The notes under the pieces: model-generated
Told to the model about the DNA's origin: nothing
The model's database searches: none
The model's input: the letters and a program-made list of their open reading frames with translations, nothing else
Position numbers and translations under genes: made by a program
Shown: one piece after another, positions 1-9,869 of the stretch
Position numbering within the stretch: the stretch's first letter is position 1
Layout of the letters: every line of letters starts with the position of its first letter
NCBI GenBank assembly: GCA_035285025.1
Contig: JAYKHY010000003.1
Coordinates: 35,533 to 99,532 of the forward strand
DNA: 64,000 nucleotides
DNA from: Vampirovibrionales bacterium
GTDB taxonomy: Bacteria > Cyanobacteriota > Vampirovibrionia > Vampirovibrionales > JAJTHC01
Direction: 5' to 3'

Positions 1-1
1 T

Positions 2-673
2 AAACAGGGCAGCCCGCCTGAGCGAATTACCTACAGCGCGCTGGTGCCAAATACAAAAGGGCTTGCGCGTGCGCTCGAAAGCGGTATAAAGCGCATTGCG
101 GTTTTTACGGCCGCTAGCGATGCGTTTAACACCGCCAATATTGGCATGACCGTTGAAGCCTCGTTGCAGCAATACCAGGCTGTAATTCAAGAGGCCCTTG
201 CGGCGGGCGTGAGCGTGCGGGGGTATGTTTCTACGGCGTTTGTGTGCCCTTATGCAGGGTTAATCGCAAAAACACAGGTTCGCCCCGTGATAGAAGCTTT
301 GTTGGCCATGGGCGTTGATGAGGTTTCGGTGGGCGACACGATTGGGGCGGCTGTGCCCACGCAAGTGACGGACACCCTGGCTTACGTGCTGGAGCGTATA
401 CCCGCACACCAGCTTGCCCTGCATTGCCACGATACCTATGGCTACGCGCTGGCCAACACGCTTGCGGCCCTGCAATTGGGTATTACCCGGCACGATAGCT
501 CGATTGGCGGCTTGGGCGGATGCCCTTATGCACCCGGTGCATCCGGAAATTTAGCCACCGAAAAACTGGTCGGCTTTTTAAACCGCATGGGCATTCAAAC
601 TGGCGTTGATACTGAGAAACTCAACGCGGTTGCCCAGTGGGTCAAGCAACACGACAACCCATGCGCAAAATGA
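2..673 (+). CDS. hmgL: Hydroxymethylglutaryl-CoA lyase (5' end outside window)
   Basis: Frame is open from base 2 (…YSALVPN…). Motifs GYVSTAFVCPY, GDTIG, LHCHDTYG and GGLGGCPYAPGASGNLATE. Confidence 0.93.
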   Translation, partial: KQGSPPERITYSALVPNTKGLARALESGIKRIAVFTAASDAFNTANIGMTVEASLQQYQAVIQEALAAGVSVRGYVSTAFVCPYAGLIAKTQVRPVIEALLAMGVDEVSVGDTIGAAVPTQVTDTLAYVLERIPAHQLALHCHDTYGYALANTLAALQLGITRHDSSIGGLGGCPYAPGASGNLATEKLVGFLNRMGIQTGVDTEKLNAVAQWVKQHDNPCAK

Positions 674-809
674 GTAAGAGGATAATGCAAGTTAAATAAA
701 ATTATGTTTGGCCAGAACGTTTTCTGAACACGCAACGCCTCTAAATTCAACAACGATTTCCTGCAGGGTTCGATTACCCAGCATCCCGTTTTTGTGAGCA
801 ACCGTTTAC

Positions 810-1640
810 CTAAAGCGTAATCAGCTCGTTTACGCGCTCAATGGCGGTACAGGCGCCCGATTTAAGATTAAGCGTGAACGACACCGCATTAATTTGCGCA
901 ACCGTTGTTTCCATCACCTCGAGTTTAACGGGCAAATGCGTGGTCATCCTTGCAATCGAGGTTTTGGGTTCCATACCAATAATCGATCCGTACGCGCCGT
1001 TAAAACCAGCATCGGTTAAAAACCCGAGCTTGCCCGCAAAAATCCGGTCATCTGCGGTTTGCACGTGCGTGTGCGTGCCAACCAGCGCGCTTAAGCCCCA
1101 CTTAAGCCCCAAATGCGCCATCACCGATTTTTCGGCCGTGGTTTCGGCATGGATATCCATAAAAATTAGCGGGGTGGCCTTGCGCGCCTCGTGAATGCAG
1201 CGCTCGGCCTCGGGCCACGGCGGCGGAAAATTACCCATAAACGCGCTGCCAATAACGTTAATCACCGCAAGCTTAAAGGGCTCGCCGGTTTGGCGGTGTT
1301 TAAACTCAAACACGCGCATGCCGGTGCCGGGCGTGCCGGGGTGCATGTTGGCAGGGCGCAGCAAGGCGTCCGCGCGATCAATAAATTCGACGAGATCCTT
1401 ACGGTCAAAGCTGTGATTACCGCCGGTCATCACATCGATGCCCGCATCTCGCAAATCGTGATAGTGTTTTTCGAGCAGGCCAAAGCCGTGAGAGACGTTC
1501 TCGACGTTGGCGATAATCACATCGGGCATGGCAGGGTCGGGCTGCGCACGACGTTTTTGCAAGTATGCCTTGACCGCCTGACGGCCAGTTTTGCCTACAA
1601 TATCACCAAAAAACAGCAGCGTAATCGTGTCGAGACTCAT
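810..1640 (-). CDS. ymdB: YmdB/TIGR00282-family metallophosphoesterase
   Basis: Motifs GDIVGKTGR, ANVEN, TGGNH, LRPAN, DIHAETTAEK, VGTHTHVQTAD and TDAG. Confidence 0.92.
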   Translation of the reverse strand: MSLDTITLLFFGDIVGKTGRQAVKAYLQKRRAQPDPAMPDVIIANVENVSHGFGLLEKHYHDLRDAGIDVMTGGNHSFDRKDLVEFIDRADALLRPANMHPGTPGTGMRVFEFKHRQTGEPFKLAVINVIGSAFMGNFPPPWPEAERCIHEARKATPLIFMDIHAETTAEKSVMAHLGLKWGLSALVGTHTHVQTADDRIFAGKLGFLTDAGFNGAYGSIIGMEPKTSIARMTTHLPVKLEVMETTVAQINAVSFTLNLKSGACTAIERVNELITL

Positions 1641-1950
1641 ATAAGGGCAAGTGTAGCACTATAGCGATTTAATCCGCAAATGGTACACTCACGCATTAAA
1701 AAAGCTTGATTTGGCATAAAAAATGCTGCTCAAAAGCGTCTTGTTCAAATGCCTCGTAAACAGACTCGAGGGGGGCGTTTTTCAGACCTAAAGTTGCTGC
1801 ACAACTTGGCTCTATTGCTTCAGGTAAGGCGACGAGCAGTAATCGGATCAGTTTGGATAAATCAATGTCTGATGGCGAGGCTCTATACAGCCTAGAGCGT
1901 ACCTGACGCGCACCCCGACTGATGTGCTTGTCCTGTGCTCAGACGCCCAT

Positions 1951-2345
1951 TTAAACGGCCTCGCACGGCTAGGCTTACTACTGCTGGCACGCCGGCGATT
2001 GAATCGCCTTAAACGGCCTCGCACGGCTAGGCTTATTACTGCTGGCACGCCGGCGATTGAATCGTCTTAGACGGCCTCGCACGACTAGGCTTATTACTGC
2101 TGGCACGCCGGCGATTGAATCGCCTTAAACGGCCTCGCACGGCTAGGCTTATTACGGCTGGCACGCCGGCGATTGAATCGCCTTAAACGGCCTCGCACGG
2201 CTAGGCTTATTACTGCTGGCACGCCGGCGATTGAATCGCCTTAACGGCCTCGCACGGCTAGGCTTACTACTGCTGGCACGCCGGCGATTGAATCGTCTTA
2301 AACGGCCTCGCACGGCTAGGCTTATTACTGCTGGCACGCCGGCGA
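1951..2345. repeat. Tandem array of a 58-bp unit: 6 near-full copies plus 1 partial copy
   Basis: Unit TTAAACGGCCTCGCACGGCTAGGCTTATTACTGCTGGCACGCCGGCGATTGAATCGCC starts at 1951, 2009, 2067, 2125, 2183, 2241 and 2298. The last copy overlaps the 3' end of the GNAT gene. No spacers. Confidence 0.98.
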
Positions 2346-3377
2346 GGCCTTGCCCCCAAACAGTGCCATTACGCCTTGCAGCCCGTTCAACGCGGCAGGC
2401 TCTTGCTCGCCCGGCTTGAGCGTTGCCCAGTAATCCCGAATCAACACTTCGGTGCTGCTGTACCAGGTAAAGCCTTGCGCGGCAATCGCCACCTGCAGCT
2501 CTTTCTGGAACTCAAACGCCCGTATATGAATTGTTGGCCGGCTCGCCCCCTGGAGGATTTTTTTTATCGCCATCTCGAGTAAAGACGCTGCGTAGTTTTC
2601 GTAACCCGGCAGAATCATCAACCCCAAATGCACTTCGCGCGTGCTAATGGTTAGTAAATCAATGCAGCCCATTGCCACCCGCCGTTTATCGGGTGAATAA
2701 ACCAGCCAACGCCGGTAACTCAGGCCGCTCATCTGATCAGCGATTCGGTTTAGCCAGCGCCGTTTAAAATCGTGCTTTGTGCGGTGCAAGCTATTTCTGG
2801 CTTCTACGGGCAGCATCGCGTTGTACATCTCGGCCATCAGGGCGGCATCGCGTGGCTCTACACTATGCAACATCAAGCTAGAGTGAGTCGCGCTTGCTGC
2901 TGCTGGATGACGGGGCTCGTTAATGGCGAGCTGATAATGCTGCAAACGGGCCGCTTGACGAAAGCCTTCGGCCTTGAACAAGGCCAGTACAGGCATACAC
3001 GTGCTTTCGATACGCGCAATAAACGTTCGTACGCCCGCTGCCCCAAAATGATTAACAGCATAGCCAATCAGCTTTTGGCCAACTTCATGCGCCGACTCTG
3101 CAGGATCGACGATGAGTTGTTCAAAACGCCAGCGCGTGTTATCAGCACCATCGGGGCTTAGCCACAACAGGCCCAGCACGCGAGCCTCTTTGACAGCAAC
3201 AATAAGCTGCGGCAAGGGCTGCTTAAGCACAGGCAACAGGCGGCACGCGGCAGAAACCGGCACAAACAATTGCTGCATCAACCAAACAGGCGAATATACA
3301 TAAGCGCCATCGCCGTATTGTTGCAAGAGCTGAATCGCCTGGTCATAATCCGGCAGCGTTATGGGTCGAATATGCAT
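2325..3377 (-). CDS. GNAT-family N-acetyltransferase-like protein (probably two domains)
   Basis: ~350-aa ORF. GNAT-like elements IRP…D, LIVDP…VGQKLI and LALFKAEGF, with a second AAQGF motif near the C-terminus. Confidence 0.65.
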   Translation of the reverse strand: MHIRPITLPDYDQAIQLLQQYGDGAYVYSPVWLMQQLFVPVSAACRLLPVLKQPLPQLIVAVKEARVLGLLWLSPDGADNTRWRFEQLIVDPAESAHEVGQKLIGYAVNHFGAAGVRTFIARIESTCMPVLALFKAEGFRQAARLQHYQLAINEPRHPAAASATHSSLMLHSVEPRDAALMAEMYNAMLPVEARNSLHRTKHDFKRRWLNRIADQMSGLSYRRWLVYSPDKRRVAMGCIDLLTISTREVHLGLMILPGYENYAASLLEMAIKKILQGASRPTIHIRAFEFQKELQVAIAAQGFTWYSSTEVLIRDYWATLKPGEQEPAALNGLQGVMALFGGKASPACQQ

Positions 3378-3748
3378 CAACGCATCGTATCCATTACTCG
3401 ATCTTCTGGATTCTTCTGCATTCGCCTATACAGTAGCCAGCGACTTAAGCATAATAAAAAAAAGGAATTTTCTGACCCTCGAGAATCAATTCCTCGATAA
3501 ATCTCGATAAATCGCATTTACGCATGTAAACCTGTTATACGGCCCGAACCCGAAAATCCTGACCTTCTGGCAGCGCGCTTAAGATTACACCATTAAAAAT
3601 CACGCTTGTAACGGGGTCTGCATCAGTTTATTCGCCGTTCGCCGATGAGTCTCGTATCAGCTGTTACTGTTACAGTCAATGCTTCTTTTAAAACTGCGTT
3701 TAGCCTAGTTTTATTGCTTTTTCCTGATTAGCCCTTGCCCTAAAAAAA

Positions 3749-4261
3749 ATGAAAGCCAGACCGACCCAGCAACAACCCAGCAAGCCCAAATCCGGGCCTC
3801 ACGCCCCGCAGGTTAAAACGCTCGCGGTTAACCGCAAGGCACGGCATAACTACGAGGTGATTGAGACCTTTGTGGCGGGGCTCGTCTTGACTGGCACCGA
3901 AATTAAAGCCATCCGCGCCGGGATGTTCTCGTTGAGCCAGAGTTTTGCACGAATCAATAACGGCGAAGCCTGGTTACACGGCATGGCGATTCAGCCGTAC
4001 GAGCAGGGGAATCGTTACAACCACGAGCCCGAGCGCGTGCGCAAGCTGTTACTAAAGCGCGGCGAGATTGCAAAACTGATTGGCAAAACCCAAATCGAGC
4101 GTATGACACTGGTGCCCACCCGCCTGATGATGGTGCGCTGCTGGGTCAAAATCGAAATCGGCCTTTGCCGCAGCAAACAGTTACATGACAAGCGCGAAAG
4201 CATTAAAGCCCGCAATGCCAAACGAGAACTTGCGCGCGCCGTCAAAAAGTTCAAAGACTAA
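3749..4261 (+). CDS. smpB: SsrA-binding protein SmpB
   Basis: Motifs NRKARHNY, AGLVLTGTEIKAIR, NHEPERVRKLLL and HDKRE. Confidence 0.97.
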   Translation: MKARPTQQQPSKPKSGPHAPQVKTLAVNRKARHNYEVIETFVAGLVLTGTEIKAIRAGMFSLSQSFARINNGEAWLHGMAIQPYEQGNRYNHEPERVRKLLLKRGEIAKLIGKTQIERMTLVPTRLMMVRCWVKIEIGLCRSKQLHDKRESIKARNAKRELARAVKKFKD

Positions 4262-4527
4262 AGCGCGATAGTGCTTATTTAAAGCGCTTCGATTGATTCT
4301 GCAATAGTTAATGATTAACAAACAAAAAGCCGCAAGTAAGTACCAGAAGCTCCCTTAGGGAAGGAACGCGAGGAAGGTGACGGCTATCGAGAAAATGCAA
4401 TCAAAAACCGTTCAGCTCAGTGCTTCTTAGCCCAGCGCAAGCTTGAGCTGCATATAAATCGCTTAAGCGAGCGTCACTAAGCATTAAAAGCGATGTCGCG
4501 TTAATCTTAATCAACCCAGCGTAACGG

Positions 4528-4890
4528 CTAATCGTGAAACGCCCGCGCACTGGACGCATTTTGCTTACTGATTAAAAACGACATCAGCATCGATAATCCG
4601 CTGATTTGCCAAGGCGCAGAAACCTTAAAGAGGCCCGCAATCACCAGCGGAAGCGCGGCGGTTTTCGCATCAAAACGCGCTTCGGCGTCTGCCACCTGAC
4701 GGTTCAACGCGATGGTTTGCCGGGTTGCCAGCTTCAGCGCATCGCGCCAGCACGGGCTTTGCGCTTTAAATACCGCCTGCAAATGCTTGACCTTACGGTT
4801 TAAACGCAGCAACACCGAAAGCGCAAACAGCTCAATCACGGTCACGCCCAACCAAAGCCACGGACTGTTCAAGATTGCAGGGATTAGCAT
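4528..4890 (-). CDS. Hypothetical membrane protein
   Basis: 120-aa ORF just downstream of the BcsB-like pair, with an N-terminal hydrophobic helix. Confidence 0.55.
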   Translation of the reverse strand: MLIPAILNSPWLWLGVTVIELFALSVLLRLNRKVKHLQAVFKAQSPCWRDALKLATRQTIALNRQVADAEARFDAKTAALPLVIAGLFKVSAPWQISGLSMLMSFLISKQNASSARAFHD

Positions 4891-4915
4891 ACGTTTTAGC
4901 TAGACCTTTTGTCGT

Positions 4916-7195
4916 TTATCGCTTCAACAGCAAACGAATTGTGCTAATGACGCCGACAATGGCAAAGAATCCTGCCAAAACCACCGTCCATAACGGCCAT
5001 CCGCTCGAAGCAGACTTGGGGCCAAGCTCGTTCTCGTATACAAACCCGGTTTCGTCTTTTTTAATGTGCGTTGCGGTTTGCACTTTATATTGGCCGTTGC
5101 TAAACTGCCGCACGACGGCTAAATTACCGCTGCCTAACTGATTAAACAACGCTTCGTCTTCAAACACCTGACCCGCAGCGGCCAGGGCGTCGGCATCGTG
5201 GCCGGTCACCACAACCAACTCGCGCGATTTATTCCAGGGAGAGCGCATCGCTTCGAGTAAACCTTGGTTTTGATCCAAACGCATGGTTTGCAAACTGGCT
5301 TCGTCTTTTTCGGTTAAACCGGTTTGCCCGTCGCTGCCCACCAGCAAATGGAACCGTCCCTTCAGTCGTTTGGTCAAAGCGTTCTCGTCGGGCGTGCCGA
5401 TTAAAATCAAATGATGCCGACTGCGGTCCGCGTCCGAAAGCTCGGAAGCTTTGACTACCTTAAGCTGGTGTGTTTTTGCACCTTGGAGCTGACGCCCCAA
5501 ACGATTACTAACGCTGGCCAGCACCTGCAAATCCGTCTGTGAAGGTGCATCCGGTAACACTATTAGGGCTTCGCTTAGGTTATTAAAGGCCGTAAACGGA
5601 AACCCGCCATCGTTAAGCAAGCCCAAATCCGGCATCGGCGTACGGACTTCGGCCGGAATTTGCAAAATAGAACTGTTGTGTATCGTGCCCCAGACGTGAA
5701 CATCCGTTACAAATTTACAGGTGTCCACTTTTTCGGGGAAGGTATAAAACTGAAATACCAAATCGTTGTAGTTCAGCACGTCGCCCGTGGGAATCGTTAC
5801 GGCAAGTTCTTCCTGCATGGCGCCTTCGGGCTTGTTGAGCGGCACGCTCTTGATGCTTTTGCCGTTCAGCAAGATTTCGAGCTTACTCTGAGACGCATCT
5901 AGCTGGGAGCTATAGCTATACACCAGTTTTAAATTGGCTTTAGAGCCCTGCTGCCCGCGATTCGGCACAAATAAATCAGGCATGATTTGCCATTTGTAAA
6001 AAATGGGCGGGGCGGTAAATCCGCGCGCTGTCTGGGTTTCCCAGCCCATATCGGCAAACGTGGTTTTAACATCGCTCTGGTAACCTGGCCAGTTGCGGTA
6101 TGCATTAGGCAAATTTTTAGGCCAATCGGCGTCAGTTACAACTGCATAAGGGCCGCTTAAAAGCTGGCGCCCGGGCAGGGTTGCAAACAGTTTGGCCGCC
6201 TTAGCCACGCCCTCAGGCGATTCGCCCGTAACAATCAAAACGCCACGCCCTGTGTATTTAGGGTTCGGGGCCAGCATCAGCAACCCATCGTTCTTGTTTA
6301 ACTTTACATCTGCGGGCAGTTTAAACTGCGCAATCGCGGGGTTATTTTGCGGCGTGCCCACCAGCACGAGATTCCCGTCAAACGCTAACGCAGTATCCGG
6401 GGTGAGCATGTGCGTATGCCCCGGCCGCCAATGCTGCGCCGCGCCCAACGTCGTCAGCGTTTGGCCAAGGGCCGTCAGCGAGTCTGCATCGCTTTTAGCA
6501 TCGATTGAGACGCCCAACTGAGCTGGTCTCGCGTCACGAGTATCAATAAACGGAAACGGCAAACGGGCCAAATCGGCAACAAATGGCTTTGGTGCAAAAT
6601 TCAAGTCCAGTTGCGTCTCGGGCAGCAGCGTGGTCCAAAGTTCGGGGCTAAACGGATCCTCGCAATCGTTGGTGTAGTGCTGATCCACCTGAAACGAAAG
6701 CGTGTTCTCGGGCTTAAGCACGCTGGGCGGAATGGGGATGCTTAAGGTTGTGGGCGCAACATTGCCCTTATTAAGCGGAATGGTTTTAAGCACCCGGCCA
6801 TTCAGCAGTACGTTCAGACTCGAGCGACCTTCGAGTAGTTGCGGCGAATGCTGAAACGCCAGCTTGACCGCAGAACTGGGCAGCACCTGCCAGGCATCCG
6901 AGCGCATAAAATTCATGGTGTATTCCGAGCGCACCGTTTTTAGCGTACGGCCTTGCTCATTCAAGCCGTTGCCGTAGGCCTTTAGCGTTTGCGTAAACCG
7001 ATTGGCCTGAGGCGCTAAGCTCAGGTTGCTTGGCTGAGCAGACGGGGCCTCTGCAGGTTTAGCTTCTGGATGAGGTTGAGCAACAGATTTTGCCTGCGCT
7101 TGCGCCGCCGGCAGCAGTAAGGGCTGCATCAGGGGCACTACAGGCGACACCAGCAGCGTACCGGCCAGCATCATCGCAAGATTCAAGCGCTTCAT
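4916..7195 (-). CDS. bcsB: Cellulose synthase subunit BcsB-like periplasmic protein with C-terminal TM anchor
   Basis: Signal peptide MKRLNLAMML after a GGAG RBS. BcsB-like motifs SSLNVLLNG, CEDP…LW, DLARLPFPF, S-LEILLNG and PDLGLL…GFPFT, plus a C-terminal TM helix. Confidence 0.75.
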   Translation of the reverse strand: MKRLNLAMMLAGTLLVSPVVPLMQPLLLPAAQAQAKSVAQPHPEAKPAEAPSAQPSNLSLAPQANRFTQTLKAYGNGLNEQGRTLKTVRSEYTMNFMRSDAWQVLPSSAVKLAFQHSPQLLEGRSSLNVLLNGRVLKTIPLNKGNVAPTTLSIPIPPSVLKPENTLSFQVDQHYTNDCEDPFSPELWTTLLPETQLDLNFAPKPFVADLARLPFPFIDTRDARPAQLGVSIDAKSDADSLTALGQTLTTLGAAQHWRPGHTHMLTPDTALAFDGNLVLVGTPQNNPAIAQFKLPADVKLNKNDGLLMLAPNPKYTGRGVLIVTGESPEGVAKAAKLFATLPGRQLLSGPYAVVTDADWPKNLPNAYRNWPGYQSDVKTTFADMGWETQTARGFTAPPIFYKWQIMPDLFVPNRGQQGSKANLKLVYSYSSQLDASQSKLEILLNGKSIKSVPLNKPEGAMQEELAVTIPTGDVLNYNDLVFQFYTFPEKVDTCKFVTDVHVWGTIHNSSILQIPAEVRTPMPDLGLLNDGGFPFTAFNNLSEALIVLPDAPSQTDLQVLASVSNRLGRQLQGAKTHQLKVVKASELSDADRSRHHLILIGTPDENALTKRLKGRFHLLVGSDGQTGLTEKDEASLQTMRLDQNQGLLEAMRSPWNKSRELVVVTGHDADALAAAGQVFEDEALFNQLGSGNLAVVRQFSNGQYKVQTATHIKKDETGFVYENELGPKSASSGWPLWTVVLAGFFAIVGVISTIRLLLKR

Positions 7196-7311
7196 CTTGT
7201 TAAACTCCAGAGAGATTTCGTGTCGAGGCACGATAATAACGTGAATATAGTGTTGGCAGGGGGTAAGGCCATTGCAGGGCATCCAGAATCATTGGCTCAG
7301 CCACGCCCATG

Positions 7312-9555
7312 CTAGCGAGACCACATGCCGCTAAGGCTGTTAGACGACGATTGCCAAAGCCCCGTGAACCAGTTACCCAGACCAGCCCAAAAACCAGGCT
7401 CAGAGGCTTGCGTGGACGACTTAGACGAATCGCCGCGAGGTTGGCGCGCGTTATCTACGCCCGCAAGGAGCATCACCGGCTCATCGCCAGAAAGCTGACC
7501 CACCGGGCCTTCTGCAAAGCCAACATCTAGCTGCGCGGGCTGGGCAAGCAGTGCCTGCAACTGTTTTAGCGCTGCTTCGTTACTGGCAGCAAGCAGTGTC
7601 GTCAGCCCGTTTTTGTTGGTTTGAGACGCCAACAAGGCATTCCATTGCGGGGCGAGTTGCCATTTAAAGCCCTCCCAGCCTTGCGGACGCGCGGCAACGC
7701 CCCAATCCAGCGCCATGGGGGCTTGCGCCAGAACAATGCTAGCAGGCGTAGTCGTGGGCAGGGCGTCCTTTGCGTGCCACAACTGGGCGTGTAGCCCAGG
7801 TATTACGCCGGCAGGCAAATTACGGCTCAACCGATCTGTAAGGCTCAGAAGCGTTTCGAGTTGAATCGCGGAAGGGCCTGATTTTTTTTGAGGCGATTCA
7901 GTCGCATTAACCGCTAAAATCAAGGTCAAATCAGATAAATCTGCCTTTTGTGTTGCCGGATACCCCGAGCCGGGTAGCAACATAGACAATTTAGGCCAAA
8001 GCGTCTCGCTGGCGCCTTCGAGCCTGAAGGCAGAATCGGCGTGGAGCTTGCCCCAGCCTTCATCTTTGTAATTATCGACGCAAAAGCCGTATTTATCGGG
8101 CATTAAATGGAATTGCGCGACCAGCGCGTTGCTCACACCCAGCAATTCAACCGGCACGGGTATCGTAACCGCTTTGCGAGCTTCGCCTTCGGGGTTAGTG
8201 AGCGGAATATTGGCAATGCTACGGTCGTTCAACCTAAACTCTAACGATGAATAGCGCGGATTCAGCTTTGGGCCGTAACTCAGCACGGCATCTAAAAACA
8301 GCTTTTGTTTACCCGGCGCCAGTTGGTGCACATTGTATAGCTTGTGCGTAATGGGCGGCGCAACAATTTTTTCGACCGAGGCCGTTTTTAAGCCCAACTG
8401 CTCAAACGTGGTTTTACCGGGCATAATATACGTCGCATAGGCATTGTTGGCAGTGGCTTTGGGCGACCAGTCGGCCGAAACCACCAGCGATTTGACAGCG
8501 GCTTGCGTGAGGGATTCTTTTTTCGGCTCAACTTGCCCTTCGGGCGCAGCCTCGGCGAGTTCCGGAACGCGCAACTGCTGAGAAACCGCATATTGCGCGG
8601 CTTTCAGAACGCCCTGCGCGTGATTTCCGGAGACGATCATCACGGCGCGGGTTTGGTTTGCGTTGGGCGCAATCAGCAGAACGCCTTCATCCTTCGATAG
8701 CACCCGGCCCTCAAGCTGCCATTGATTTTCAACCAGCGCAAGCCTGCCCGACGGCGTGTCCAGGGTTGATTTGGCCAGTCGGGTTTGCAGCGACTTGGGC
8801 AGCTTTTCGGCAACCGAAACGACCATCCAATGTTGATCTTCTGAAAGATTGCCCGACAAAAACGCAACATTTACGGGCAATTTAGCCTGCGTATGCGCTG
8901 TTTTAAGCCCCACCGCCTGAGACAACCTGGCTTGCAGTATCAGCATCGCCTCCAGCGTCTGGCTATCCAGCGATTCAGGCAAAGCGTAGGTTATGGGAGC
9001 ATGTTCAAACGCCAACGAATCTACAAAAGGCGCGGGAAACTGGGCTAAATCCAGTGCAGGCAGGGTATATGTGCCGTTAATTGCAAGCGTGGAATCCGGT
9101 AAAATTTGGGTCCACAGGGCGGCATCCAGCGGGTCTTCGCACTTGTTCGGAATATGCTGCTCGACACGAAGCGCCAGGCGGTTAATGGGCTTCAAGGCAC
9201 CGGTTAACGGAATCGAGACCTTGGTCGCTTCGGCGTTGGCGGCCGTAAGCGGCAGGGTTTTAACGACGGTATTGTTTAACAGTACCTCTAGCCGCGAGCG
9301 TGATGGATCGAGTTGGTTTGAGTGCTGGAACGTTAAATTGAGCATGGGCGAGCCCGAAACCTGATAGGTTTTGGGCACCGTCAGTAATACTTCTTGTTGG
9401 GAGCGAATCGTTGGCAGTAGAATCAGCGGCTGCGTCACGCCTAAATCCTGCAAGCTTAAAGTTGCAGCGCCTAGCGGCACACCCGCCTGAACACCCATTA
9501 ACGCGGCCAATAGCCCTACAATACAGCGTTTTTTTGTAACATCAATAGCAGCCAT
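7312..9555 (-). CDS. Second BcsB-like protein (paralog)
   Basis: Signal peptide. Motifs FQHS…SRLEVLLNN, CEDPLDAALW, DLAQFPAPF and SSLEFRLND parallel those of the neighbouring gene. Confidence 0.7.
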   Translation of the reverse strand: MAAIDVTKKRCIVGLLAALMGVQAGVPLGAATLSLQDLGVTQPLILLPTIRSQQEVLLTVPKTYQVSGSPMLNLTFQHSNQLDPSRSRLEVLLNNTVVKTLPLTAANAEATKVSIPLTGALKPINRLALRVEQHIPNKCEDPLDAALWTQILPDSTLAINGTYTLPALDLAQFPAPFVDSLAFEHAPITYALPESLDSQTLEAMLILQARLSQAVGLKTAHTQAKLPVNVAFLSGNLSEDQHWMVVSVAEKLPKSLQTRLAKSTLDTPSGRLALVENQWQLEGRVLSKDEGVLLIAPNANQTRAVMIVSGNHAQGVLKAAQYAVSQQLRVPELAEAAPEGQVEPKKESLTQAAVKSLVVSADWSPKATANNAYATYIMPGKTTFEQLGLKTASVEKIVAPPITHKLYNVHQLAPGKQKLFLDAVLSYGPKLNPRYSSLEFRLNDRSIANIPLTNPEGEARKAVTIPVPVELLGVSNALVAQFHLMPDKYGFCVDNYKDEGWGKLHADSAFRLEGASETLWPKLSMLLPGSGYPATQKADLSDLTLILAVNATESPQKKSGPSAIQLETLLSLTDRLSRNLPAGVIPGLHAQLWHAKDALPTTTPASIVLAQAPMALDWGVAARPQGWEGFKWQLAPQWNALLASQTNKNGLTTLLAASNEAALKQLQALLAQPAQLDVGFAEGPVGQLSGDEPVMLLAGVDNARQPRGDSSKSSTQASEPGFWAGLGNWFTGLWQSSSNSLSGMWSR

Positions 9556-9869
9556 GTGCGCAAAGCAACTCCGTTGGGGCTTGGGGTGGTTAAGGGCGCG
9601 GGTGCGAGAGCGCCCGTAAAAACCGTTTACGCCATTGTACCCGCAAGCGAAAAAAAAACAAATCGTTACAAAAGCAGTAAAATTGTTTATAAAAACTAAA
9701 AAACCGGTTTTATGCTACTAAGTTGGATTTTTTAAGCATGGTTTAAGCGCCCATAAAGGCGCCCTATAGCACGACTTACATTAATTTTTAAATTTGTGTG
9801 GGGTGGATTCATACCGGCACGGCGGAGCCTAAATGGGCGCGCTGCAACGGTTTAGGGAGACGTTTTAAG

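Noticed and set aside
1696-1950. Minus-strand frame of 85 codons with ATG and an in-frame TGA at codon 4 (possible readthrough or pseudogene)
   Set aside because: No recognisable homology, RBS or SECIS-like evidence. Compatible with chance.
1951-2345. CRISPR array interpretation of the 58-bp repeats
   Set aside because: The units are contiguous with no unique spacers, and there are no cas genes in the window.
1848-2419. Short ORFs 1848-2048, 2152-2337 and 2231-2419
   Set aside because: They are by-products of the tandem array read in rotating frames.
4262-4527. tmRNA next to smpB
   Set aside because: No GGGGC… 5' end, T-arm/CCA 3' end or tag-peptide frame.
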